Shown in pieces: positions 26,759-38,703 of a DNA stretch of 64,000 nt (position 1 is the first letter of the stretch; each line of letters opens with the position of its first letter). Origin of the DNA: Antedon mediterranea (lineage: Eukaryota > Animalia > Echinodermata); NCBI RefSeq assembly GCF_964355755.1, contig NC_092678.1, positions 17,093,881 to 17,157,880 on the forward strand, in the 5' to 3' direction. Below the pieces are notes generated by a model that searched no databases, had not been told where the DNA came from, and saw only the letters and a list, made by a program, of their open reading frames with translations. Position numbers and translations under genes: made by a program.

Positions 26759-28734
26759 CTAGCAGTAACCCGTGCGACGCACGGTCTTTAAACAGCTTTG
26801 CATGGGCAAGTATAAAAACAGCGCACTTTGATAAAGGTACTTTGACAAATTATTAAAATAAAAACAAAATGTATCAAGAATAAAATTCGGAACTACTGTA
26901 TTTAAGGCCATTGGTTTGTAATACGCTATTCCTTCACTTCAATATATGTAGGCTAAAAATTAAAGCAATGGTACAGTGGATATGGAACTTTTACTTTACT
27001 TTTGACTGGGAAATAAAAGACGCTTACGAAAAATTGTGCTGTATAAATTATTTTGGGTTTTTTTCGTGGTGTAATAATTATTTGATACGTAGAGATAAAA
27101 AAAAGTGGATAAAAATCGAATGAAAAAAAAACACATTGCTGCGGAAACACGAATTAAGTTTATTTATTTATATTTTATTTTTATTTCACTGGTTTTGATA
27201 TTTTGCAATTTTTTTGTAAGGGAGATTTGTTACGTACTTGCTACTTTTGTAATTAAAGTGTGGTCTACCAGAAACCAGTGCTCCGCACGGTTTGCCTACC
27301 TTAATAATTATTCGCATGGCATGATTATTAAGTATAATAAAAGCGTACTTTTCCCGGCCACAATATTTCTTTTTGTACATAAGCTGGGGGACCCCTCACA
27401 AAATAAACATGGATATTCATTAATAATGTCCATAAGCTACGTCAGAAATGAGCTAACAATTCGCTAATACAAAGGTTTTCTGTCGAGCCGTCTCTATAGT
27501 CGAGTGGATTAGGCTATGGACTTTACATGTCGATGTAGGCCTATGGGGTTATTTTTACTTTATAGTGAGAGTGTGATTATTTAGAGGGTTAGGTTTAGTT
27601 ATATTTAGGAACTTAAGTAGTTCGGCTATCTTTCACATAAGGGGTCCAAACTTTTGTACGAAATAAAAATTTGCTTCCTGGCCCCTGACAAATTGTTTTT
27701 TTTTTTAAACGAACAAATTGTCAACAATTCAATTCGGAACTACTTAAGATTTTTTTATACACGAAGTATAACTACTATTACTTTGAAATATCTGTAAGCT
27801 ACAAAATGAAAGCAATACTGGATTTGGGTGGGCCTCAGAAAATGACAACGTGCATGAGCGGGACTGACTTCTCAGTCGGCAGAGATTAAAACTTTTTAAT
27901 GATAAAATATGAATTGGAAAGTTATCGAATTAAGATGTGAAGTATTGGAATAATAACAGTGATGCGCTCGGACACAAACATTTTGGGTGTATTTTTGTTG
28001 ATATTCGATATTTAGCGGATTGGATTTCTTTTATTTGTGTGTTTTATTTTATTTACATTTTTGAAACAATGACACAAGACTATACATTTGTTTTGTGGAA
28101 AAACGACACCTAGGCTATTGGATTCGTTTTATTTGTGTGTTTTTTTTTATTTGTTCATTTACATTTTTTTTCATGTGATTTTTTTTTATATTTTGTTTTG
28201 TGCATTTGTTCGTATCTTTTTTGATAGTTTTATAATTACATTGTGGTTTAGTTTTGATTTTTAGCTATAAACGGTGATACCTAATTAGTACACATGTCGC
28301 GGATTGAACTCGAACCTACTAAGCATTGATATCAATGGTCACGGCGATTTCCTCACTGAGCCAAACCGTGATTTACAAAATACATTCTGTTCCAAGGATT
28401 ATTCATTAAAATTTCAACCGCGCGATCATTCGATATCGGTTGACTAAAGATTGTTTATTTAACGGCCCGGAATGGTATTTGTAGATCCGGCCATGGCGGT
28501 ACACAACACAGGAGGTTGCGTAGTTTATACAGTGACGTAAGATGGTCGCTGAGACGTCAAATTACTGCTATTTTTTGCCTTTTTTTAGTGTTTTTCCTTA
28601 AAATTCAGGAAAGTGACATAGCCTATCGTGTGTGGCCCCTTAATAAACATAAGTGTGCCAAATGTGATTACGTACCTTTCAGTGGTTTTCGAGGAGATTT
28701 AAAAAAAATGTAGTAGCACTATTAATAAATAAGA
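26759..28734 (-). mobile_element. Non-autonomous Helitron (~2 kb)
   Basis: Hairpin CCGTGCG-ACGCACGG just before a minus-strand CTAG|T end; plausible A|TC start near 28734 (5' boundary approximate). Confidence 0.6.
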
Positions 28735-30033
28735 TATAGATATTTCCAAAGGCTCGGACATGTAAGAAGGGCCTTAAAAAAACTGAATTACTATATATAC
28801 CAGCCCCACTGGTAAGATAGTCTTTGAATCCATCCGATAAACACATTAATCACTCACATCAGTCATTCCGCTAATGGTTGCGTCTAATGATGCATTCTAT
28901 TCTATTCAGTTACAATTAGAAAGTTGATCCTTGACCTATATTATTCAATATCTCTGCCATATTCTGTAACCGGCTGTCTGTCCCGTCGTACATCTCACCG
29001 CACGCAGTTTAGTATGTCTTCCCCAAAAGGGCATCAATATTATGTGTAAGCCTATTGGTCATTTGCCTAATAATTAAATACGAAATATTATAATATAATA
29101 TAATATTATTTACATCTGACATCAGAGCCTCGATAGCCAAACCAAACAATATTATAGGACTAAAAGTACAACAAAAAAACTTTAACGATTATATTTTCAC
29201 AGCAATGATTTATTTAAATCAAATATTAATAAATGTTCACACAAAGTAAAGCTTGTGGTTCCCACAAAAGACCCAATGCAAGGAGGATAGGCCTATAGGT
29301 AGAAGCAAAGCAAGTGAGTTGACCAATCACATGAAGCGACAGTAGAGTTCAAATAACCCATCGCTTGTAGGCTAATATTGGTTACATTGTTAACTTTTAA
29401 TACCGATTTTATGTAAATGCAATACTTTCAGCTTCTGCTGCTTTTTGTATATGTGTTTTTTATACCGAAAAAAATAAAAGTACATAGGCTGGATGCAAGT
29501 GAGTTGACCAATCACAAAATCCATCACTTGTGATTGGTCACTAACGTTGCGCTCTGTGCATTGCGTCTCGGTAGTGGAACCAAGCATAATGTACCAATCA
29601 TGCAGCAGTAATACTTTGTTCACAGAATCTTCAATAGACTATACATTGATATGGTATAACAATTAATCACAACATGATAAAGCAAACAAAGTTATAGATC
29701 GGGGTTGGTGAGATCTGTCATTATAAGGGTTTAATTTGTCCATTATAATGTTGTTGTTGTGGACAGAAAAACCACAATAGTTATTTATTTATTTTTATTC
29801 AAAACTTTCCAACAGGAACAATGTTCCCACTTAATTACAGGTGATGTTATATAAAAAATAATATAAAATATATATGTATATACTCAAAAGCACATAATTC
29901 CCATGACGGTATAATTATAATGGACAGATTCACCAACCCTATGGAAATTACATTATTACATTAAATCAAAAACTCTTGTATGCTATAACTGTAACAATAA
30001 AATTCACAACAATTACATCAATATTTTTTAAAA

Positions 30034-30871
30034 GGCCAAATAAAATAAGTATTTAAGTTTATTTATTTATTTTTTTCAAAGGAAAAAATTAGATAAAAAT
30101 AAAGGCGGCTTCTCTCATAGTGGACCGACCACAGTGTACACGACGGCAAGTAAGTAGTCTATACTACCGTACTGTTTGTCTATTCGTCAGTATTGGTCAT
30201 ATTATCCGATATATTTTGGTACCAAAAACGTTAAATGAACGATAGAGGTCATGGGTCAATTATCACTAAATTACTGAATTTCCACTATAATAATATATAT
30301 CTCGTCCAAACAAATATTGAAGCAGATTCATGTTTATGTTCATGTTAACACATTCGTTACATGCATACAGTATTATCAACTAAGGTATTAACATTAACAC
30401 TTATTTAGCGATATACATTATAGATGATAAGCACATAATCAGCGGCGCTTCACATACTGTAATAATATTATTTGAAATAAAAAGGTTTTAATTGATTTTT
30501 AAATTGTTAATTTATATAGATTATAGTAATCCACATTGTTAATGTTACTTGGCAAATTGCAACGGAAAACGAGCGGTCAGCAAATGTTTTCGCATAACAT
30601 CCGTTGCACTGCCAAACCGACCCTCTAGAAAAAGAAGCCTAAACTATCTAAACAATAAGCCAGATAATCCCAGTGGGCTTTAAATCGATGGTGGGCCTCT
30701 TTTCGAGATTACCTTTTCAAAATAAAGAGTGGTTTCTTTTTAATTTGTTATTTTGGGAGGTGGGCTTCAATCTTTACGAGGTCGGCTAGCCTTGAAATTC
30801 GTTTTTCTTTAAAAAGGAATTTCATTAGTGGGGATCGAGATACAAACAAATAGTATTTGTTTTATATGGCC
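30034..30871. mobile_element. Putative MITE with GGCC termini
   Basis: Left GGCCAAATAAAATAAGTA vs reverse complement of right end GGCCATATAAAACAAATA; right flank TA, left flank AA. Confidence 0.45.
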
Positions 30872-30954
30872 TATGAAATATTCATAATAATAACTTTATT
30901 ATCATTTTAGTGAAAAGCGAACATTAATTATAATAATATAGTATACTTTATCTA

Positions 30955-31705
30955 TCAAATCTTACTTACTAAAATATAAAAACACTAATACAATTCACCA
31001 AACAACATCCATTATAGGTATAATGAAATAAGCCAACATCACTTGAAATATAACAACATCGTATCTACCAAATCTTACATAAACTAATACAATCCACCAA
31101 ACTACATCGATAAATGTATAGGTTATATTAATGAAATAAGCCAACGTCATTGAAATAAATACTACATCTTATCTACCAAATCTGACAAAACTAATACAAT
31201 CCACCAAACTACATCCATAAATGTATAGGTTATATTAATGAAAAAGCCAACATCAATTGAAATAAATACTACATTTTATCTACCAAATCTTACATAAAAC
31301 CAATACAATCCACCAAACTACATTCATAAAAGTATATGTTATATTAATGAAAAAGCCAACATCAATTGAAATAAATACTAAACTAATACAATCCATCAAA
31401 CTACATCGATAAATGTATAGGTTATATATTAATGAAATAAACCAACATCAATTCTTACATAAAACTAATACAATCCACCAAACTACATCGATAAACGTAT
31501 AGGTTATATTAATTTAAAAAGCCAACATCAATTGACACAAAACACAATCTTATCAATCAAATCTTACATAAAACTAACACAATCCACCGAACTACTGTAA
31601 ATCGATAAATGTAAATGGTAATATTAATGAAAAAGCCAACATATACACAGAAATAAAACATCATCTTATCTACCAAATCCACCCAACTACACTGTAAATC
31701 AATAA
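30955..31705. repeat. Degenerate minisatellite, ~80-120-bp units, about 7 copies
   Basis: Recurring AACTAATACAATCCACCAAACTACATC...AATGAAAAAGCCAACATC. Confidence 0.85.
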
Positions 31706-32865
31706 GTGTAACCGTATAACTTTAAAGGCCATGTGCGGGCAAAAAAGTTATATTGATCATACATTCAAATAATTATCGATCTATAGATTCCCCTATGTTT
31801 CATACTTTTGGGATTTTATTTTTGTTACACAAACGAGTTGAAAATAAGCACTTTCTTATCAGAATCTTTATTTGCAGATAGTTCTAGTTCATGACTTTTC
31901 CGTTACATACGTCAGGCCTACAAATACAGTTAATTATTTCTCAAAATAAAGTACGTTATTTATTTGTAGTAAGTCGGATGTATGTATGGATATACGGATA
32001 GAAACAGAAATATGGAATTAAAGTCCACAATATTGAGTATTGTTTTTGTTCAGAATTACATGAAGTACCATTTGGAAAAAACAATCATTGTGGAATAAAT
32101 TGATTGTTGAGATAATTAAGGGTTGTAATGTCATTAATATATTGATATGAAAACACGATCATGCATTTCATTTTGCCAAAGTAGTAGACAAGAAATCCAA
32201 AATGCAATTAAAAAAAACATTTAGAAAACAGTAAACAATGAACACGAATACATTATTAGTCTTCGTCTGGAAATTTCAGAGGAAACCTTGTTTTTAAGTT
32301 TTACGAGTTGTACACAAAGCGTTATCGACAAACAGTTTATTTCCGCAACACTTACTATGGAAAGCAGAGCGTATGTCTGCCACTTCCGCTAACCAGAAGC
32401 CGATGGCCAGGATGAAAGTATCCGTGGCCATCTTGGTTGTAACGTTGTTAACGGAATATGCTTTATCGCATTCTCAGTTCAGAAATCAGGAGCCATCGTC
32501 TGCAGAAGAAAAAAAAACGTAAAAACAATTATTAAAAATGGAAAGACAATTAGTTGTTGTTTCCGATAATCATAATGCGTTTCTTTTCAAACGGGGTAGT
32601 GGGATATTCCTGAGGAAATTATCTGCCTCGTTTGGGATTTTTACAATTGCCTACATGTTCACATGCAAACTAGGTAGGCCTAAGTGCCAAGCCGGTTCAC
32701 ACTGAGCATTTACACGTCACGCGAAAAGATTCGCCCGAAGCTAGACAAAGTTCTATCGATTTTGCGAGTTGTAAATTCACCGCTTTAACTGAAAATCCAC
32801 GACGTACGTTCAACACAGGCATGTGAACGGTGAGAGGGAGGACAATTGACCTCCCAAAACTTAAA

Positions 32866-33088
32866 TCATGGGATGGCAAATAAAAATAGCATTTTAAAGA
32901 GATTTCTTTTCAACAACATATTCTTATAACTCCTTTCGCTCAGCAATACAAACATGATAATATAATAATAACAGCCAGACCGAGACAATGCGCTTGTCGC
33001 GAGAAAGAAATTTCTGTAAAATGCTTCTGAATTTGTAAAACTTAATGGAATTGGTATGAATGTCCTTTTACCGGTCACATTATTGTAA
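32866..33088 (-). pseudogene. Possible degenerate ECL2-TM5/TM6 remnant of gene R
   Basis: aagcAG acceptor; YNNVTGKRTFIPIPLSFTNSEAFYRNFFL, then in another frame CLGLAVIIILSCLYC*. Loose resemblance only. Confidence 0.25.
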
Positions 33089-33292
33089 CTGCTTAAAAAA
33101 TATAAAAACTGAAAAAAAACCAACAATGTTTGTCTATAATATACAGAGAATATATAGAGAGAGATGTAAAGTGTACAGTAGAATAAAATAAAAGACCAAT
33201 AAAAAAGAATAAAATGTTACTTAGTTTTGTGGATTGTCAGTGTTAAGGTAAGATAACACAGTGCTGTGTATTCATATACTACTGTACATTAC

Positions 33293-33446
33293 CGTAAAAT
33301 CTTCAGTGCTTCTTGTCGAATCCGTCGGACACATCAACTCTCGGAATTTTCCCTTTAATATTTCTTTACATGCTGCAAGGGTAACTCTCGGCTCGCAGAC
33401 TTCAATTTTATAAACAAGGCAGCAAATGCGGCGATGATCCGATTTC
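33293..33446 (-). CDS. Gene R LGR-type hinge exon: KSDHRRICCLVYKIEVCEPRVTLAACKEILKGKFRELMCPTDSTRSTEDFT
   Basis: Phase-2 AG acceptor at 33448-33447; xSDxxxxCC...CxP...C..IL...R..M pattern like the GRL101/RXFP hinge; candidate GTAATG donor; no hydrophobic TM1. Confidence 0.65.
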
Positions 33447-35249
33447 CTATTTTTGGTGATGTATAAATAAAAACATGATATAGTTATTCACTTAGACCAT
33501 GGATCAAGAAAACAATAATAATTTTCCTGAACAAACTAATTTACAGCCAAAAATTCAGATTGGTGTTTATGTTTGGTAACTGAAAACATTTGGTTTTTTT
33601 TCTTATATTTTTAGTAGTAAAATTTATTAAAACTACAAATGGCCTATTCATTTTTGATGTTTTTTTGGACAATACACATATTATCGAAATATCTTGCCAT
33701 ATCGACATAGTAATTCGATAATGATGTCTTACCTGAATATACGTTCGTACTTTTAAGTCGATTTTATTTAATTAGATTTATTTTTAAATTATTTTATATT
33801 TTATGCGGAATTCATGTTTTTAAGTTAATATGATGGAAGTATGTGACCATCGGACCAATAATCAATATCAATGTAAACTTTACACCGACTTGTAGGTTCA
33901 TGTTTTTTTATATTAGGCCTAATTGTATATATTAATAAATTGCACGCTTTTGACGATGATCTTAGCTTTAAAAAACCAGGTGAATACTTACAATTCGTTT
34001 ATGTTGATCAAGTTTTCAAAAGTACTATCTTTGTAATTGTTTAATTCGTTGCCATATATCAAACTGCAAAAAAAAATATTTTAAAATAAAAATGAGTAAA
34101 AGATTCAGTGGTATTAGGTCATGAAGACATTTCTCATTCTTATGTCTTTAGTGGTTTACCCTGTACGTTACTAACTTGGACGTAACGCACGGACACTGTA
34201 AGTAAATTGACAAATTACGACATAAAAATAGGTCATCCGAACTGTTTCTTGTGATTGGTCAACTCATTTGCGTTTTGCCTACGTCATTGCGTTGCGTCCA
34301 AGTGGACACCTAGATCTGAATTAGGCCCTACAGTAGTACTTTTATCCAGCAATTGAGTGTTTGCTACTCGGCAAGGTAAGGCATACTTCTTGTTTTCATT
34401 TTTTTCGTCTGTTCATTTTAGATATTATATCTAAGCTTATATATATTAATATTATAATTTAAGCTAATTTCATTACAAAACAGACATATTTAACTAAACG
34501 TTATGACGTCATACTGTTATTTAAATATGCTAATAATTATACTTATAACATTTATATATATCCGTGCTATCACTTAGAATATATTATGAGGCTTCAAGTG
34601 GTAAATGGCGGTCATTTTGAATGTATGTTAATTAACCCAATTTCTTTTTGGTAAACTTCAGATATGATGTTCATTTGGACCATATAAAGCAAACAAAACC
34701 AAACACCATTGCTGTTGCAATTTGTTCTAATGTTGACTTATCTTTACTGGACAAAGATACAATGACCTCATGGCAATGTTTTAAAGACGCCGTTGTGTGC
34801 CCATATGCGGGTTCATGTCTATGACCAGGGGACACTGTGTTAAATATGGCAAACATCATATTTGAAAAAGAAAGCAATGTTTAGTGAGAGAAAAGAAACT
34901 GCATGTGTTGTGTATTGCTTTTAGACATAAACAGGTACCACAGTACGAGAATTGCAGGGTGTCCAACGGACGAGTACCATGTATGTATATCGAAAACAAA
35001 GCTATTATAAAATGTATTTTACAGACTATGTCTACGACACATAATCTGTTGTATGACAAGAATTAATGAATAAGTCCGATAATTGTACAGAGCATCAAAC
35101 AACTACATGCATATTATTAAACATTTTGACAAACATAGCGTTTCATACGTATGGTACGTGTACACACTATATAGAAAACATCGAAACGCGACAACAGAAA
35201 AAAAGAAAATAACAGAGACTTGGGACAAGTCTATAGAGTATTAACTTAC

Positions 35250-35324
35250 AGTTTTGAAAGTGATGAAGCAAAAGCAGAAAATGCACCTTGATCTATGGTA
35301 GTTATATTGTTATAGTGTAAATAC
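35250..35324 (-). CDS. Gene R LRR exon (75 bp, phase 2-2): YLHYNNITTIDQGAFSAFASSLSKL
   Basis: tttttgcAG acceptor, GTAAGT donor; distinct from the repeated cassette. Confidence 0.85.
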
Positions 35325-36155
35325 CTGCAAAAATTGAAAAAAAAAGAAACACATTTCAAACGGATTGACTTAAAACAATATTAATAATAATACTGTGCAA
35401 TAATACAATAAATAGATAACCACTACATTTGTCTGCTATATTTCACAGTACAGTTATTTGTATTCAATATTTCAGTGGGCAATTTAGACTTCGTTTGGCA
35501 CTCGAAACAATGTCAAATGAAAGGCAAGCTAATATTGCCATGAGGAGGTGCAAATCTGAGGGAGAGGGGAAAATATAATGTGTACAAACAGATATCACCT
35601 CACCTTTATTTATAAAACTTGAAAATCAGAAAAAAGGGGAGAAGGTAGTGTATTATTTGTGGTTGTTGCCAGATGCTTAAACTCTAGAAAATGATAAATT
35701 AAGTTTATCTTACGGACGGATAACGCTAATAATAACATTTATTAATTCATAGTTATGCTTTATAGCTTTGTGAGGTTTTTTTTCGTGCACTTAGAAGAAC
35801 TTATTTAAAGTGCATTTTAAGTATTGTTTTTCTTCTAGATTATTTCAGACATCACAATAGTTAATGTTTGTTTTATTTGGAGGTTCAGACTTAAACACAA
35901 AGTACAAATGTATATAGTGCACTATGCTGTGTGAAATAAAACTGAAACTGAATGTACGTACCACCACATTAGGTACGGTAACCGATGCGCCCTCATTATG
36001 ACGTTTTTTATAAGAAAAAGATACAAACCATGTGTTGCGCGTGCGAATAAAGAACAAGTGCAGCTATTCCACCGTACGGAGGGAAAGATAACCAATGCCT
36101 CTCATAATAACATTATTTTTCATTTAATAATATTTACTAATAATGATAATAACAA

Positions 36156-38312
36156 CTCGATTTTAACTCGTCACTATGAACGAGTTAGGTTATCCGCAGC
36201 GCAAACGCCACGTGCACGTCATACTTTAGAATATTGCGCACACAGAAAAACGATTATGCCATTGAAAAAATGTTAGTGTGCTCTCTATTATATGTCACGT
36301 CTAAGTCAGGGCCGTAGCCAGGATCTGTCAAGGGGGGGTTCGCACACTAAGTATTTGGGTCACCCCCACCCCCATCATACCTACCCCCCCCCCCCACCCC
36401 CCAACCCCATCATACCTACCCCCTCCCCCCACCCCCCCATCATGCCACCCCCCCCCCCTGGGGTGGGGCCTGAGGCGAAGCAAATTTTGTTAAATGACAC
36501 CCCTAGATGGCCGGAAAAGACACTCTCATGCAGCATGCTACCAATGAGCAAAACGATCGTACTTGGACTCGTGGACTATTTAAACGATAACATTTGTTGC
36601 CGTATGTTAGATGCGCGTGTTCTGTGCGGAACCGCCGATTGTTTGATCATTTACTCGATATTTTGTTTTGCGTTCAAGTTCAATGCGAACGTACGTCTAG
36701 GAGAAGCCCCGAAAAAAGCACACTGGGTGAAGGCAAATGCAATTCTTATTATAGCTCTATCTATAATATTTATCTACAGCAATTTGTTGAGGAAATTAAA
36801 TATGCCAATGTAAATAGGTGATATTGATACATTTGAGTACGTATCGGCTGTGGTCTAGAAAAAAATAATCGGATGCCATAATGTAAACTACAGTACATGA
36901 TACCATAGATATTATAGTGTAAAATATTAATATTCACTATAATCCTCTATGATACATTATACTTCATAGCCACACATAAATACTGATGATATGTCGGAAG
37001 GCTATATACTTTATGCATGCTGCCTGACTGCCAGTGATCTAAACAATTGGTACGCAGTTGTCTGGCGGTGTCCTTTGTACGAATCGTTCGTCCCCCAGCT
37101 CGCTGTGAGACGCGTCAATATCATGTTACATGCAGGGACCAAACATTTATTTTTCAACGTTAAAATCGGCAATTCATTTGCAACTCTTTACAGACTAATC
37201 GCTCGAAGTACGCTCATACAGGGAAGAAGGTACTGTATGAGTTATTCCGAACGAGTTTACAAATTTTTTAATTTACGAACAACTTTTTGTACTGTGGGGG
37301 CACGTATTTGGACGATTTTCGGAGATGAGGGTGAGGTATTGGGCATGTCGGGGATGGGGGCTCGCAGTCGGTTAAGGGGGTTCCGCTGTAAAGGGGGGGG
37401 GGGATTCGCCCGAACCATAAAAACCCCCCCTGGCTACGGGCCTGTAAGTATATAGAGTATACACTATATATCTGAATACGTACTACAACCAGTGCAGAAT
37501 AGGTGAAAATACCGGGACCCGCTTTGTCATCCAATTTTTACCATGATGATGTCATCAACATGAAACACGTAGATAGCAATTTTGGAAAGAAATTATCTGA
37601 GCAACAACATATCGTGTTGAATAAATTTGGATACGTAGAATACGGAAGCGCGCTCCTTTAAATGTCATGAACTATGACGCAAAATATGAAATTACGACTT
37701 TTATAATTGAACTGGCCATATGATGACGTCACAACATCCGATTCGCATAATTTGTACATGATTTCCAGCTTCCAGAAAACGTTTTAATCATGTGTATCAC
37801 TTTTTATTCTGAGGAGCTATAATAAATTTAAATTTATTGGAACGCTTTTGAACATGATGAAATCATCACAATTTTAAAAATTGTAAATCATGCGAAAGAT
37901 AATTGATTGACCTAGACAATATAAAAAAATGGTGGGAAATGGAATATGGATAAGTGGAGATGCGTTCTATTAAATGTGAGGAGCTATGACAAAAGAGACA
38001 AACATCCTATATTTTATATTCGAGTGGCCATACGATGACGTCACAATGTCTAGTTAGCCATATTGATACATGATCCGATATCAACAACTCATCTACTTCC
38101 AGAATATGTAAAAAAATAAACTTCACCATGTAGTTTAGAAACTATGACTGTTTAAAAAAAGGCATAATTATGACGATTTATTTTACTTTTTCAGCAAAAA
38201 CGAGCGCAAATTGTCCAATTCGACGTGCTCGTATGACGTGTTTTAAGTCGAAATTGTTTGAAAGCTGGTAAAATTACTAGAAAATGCTAGAAAAACATAA
38301 ATCACGCGAACA
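36156..38312 (-). mobile_element. 5'-truncated Helentron-type element (2990-6156 family) carrying a nested MITE
   Basis: Colinear with ~2990-4060; same breakpoints as 42163-43223. Confidence 0.8.
36307..37444. mobile_element. 1138-bp MITE with 16-bp TIRs and 5-bp TSD
   Basis: CAGGGCCGTAGCCAGG ... CCTGGCTACGGGCCTG flanked by TAAGT on both sides; empty site at 42307-42311. Confidence 0.9.
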
Positions 38313-38432
38313 AAATAACATTTACTAATAATGATAATAATAATTATACGAATAGGAAAAAGGGTAAAAAATAAAATAATATGACAATAAGTGTGGTTAT
38401 ATTACAACGAAAATATACTATTTTCAAAAGTA

Positions 38433-38499
38433 TTATAAACAAGTGAAACATTCGAACACATTTGCTGGTAATGTTGTTATTTGGTTATAGGACAACGAT
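38433..38499 (-). pseudogene. Truncated LRR cassette SLSYNQITTLPANVFECFTCL*
   Basis: ttttcAG acceptor intact; exon 3' end and donor deleted, reads into TAA. Confidence 0.8.
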
Positions 38500-38636
38500 C
38501 TGAAAAGCGTGAAAAATGCAATAAATAAGTTAAGTTTTGGATGAATATTCTTTCTTTGCAAAGGATAAAAAATGAAATTATGTGACGACAATAAGTGTGG
38601 TTTTATTACAACGAAAATATACTATTTTCAAAAGTA

Positions 38637-38703
38637 TTATAAACAAGTGAAACATTCGAACACATTTGCTGGTAATGTTGTTATTTGGTTATTGGCAAAC
38701 CAC
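38637..38703 (-). pseudogene. Truncated LRR cassette WFANNQITTLPANVFECFTCL*
   Basis: Same deletion as 38433-38499, 204 bp away. Confidence 0.8.

Noticed and set aside
36292-36813. 173-aa proline-rich ORF (and 36991-37455)
   Set aside because: Produced by C- and G-runs inside a MITE with TIRs and TSD; no domain signal.
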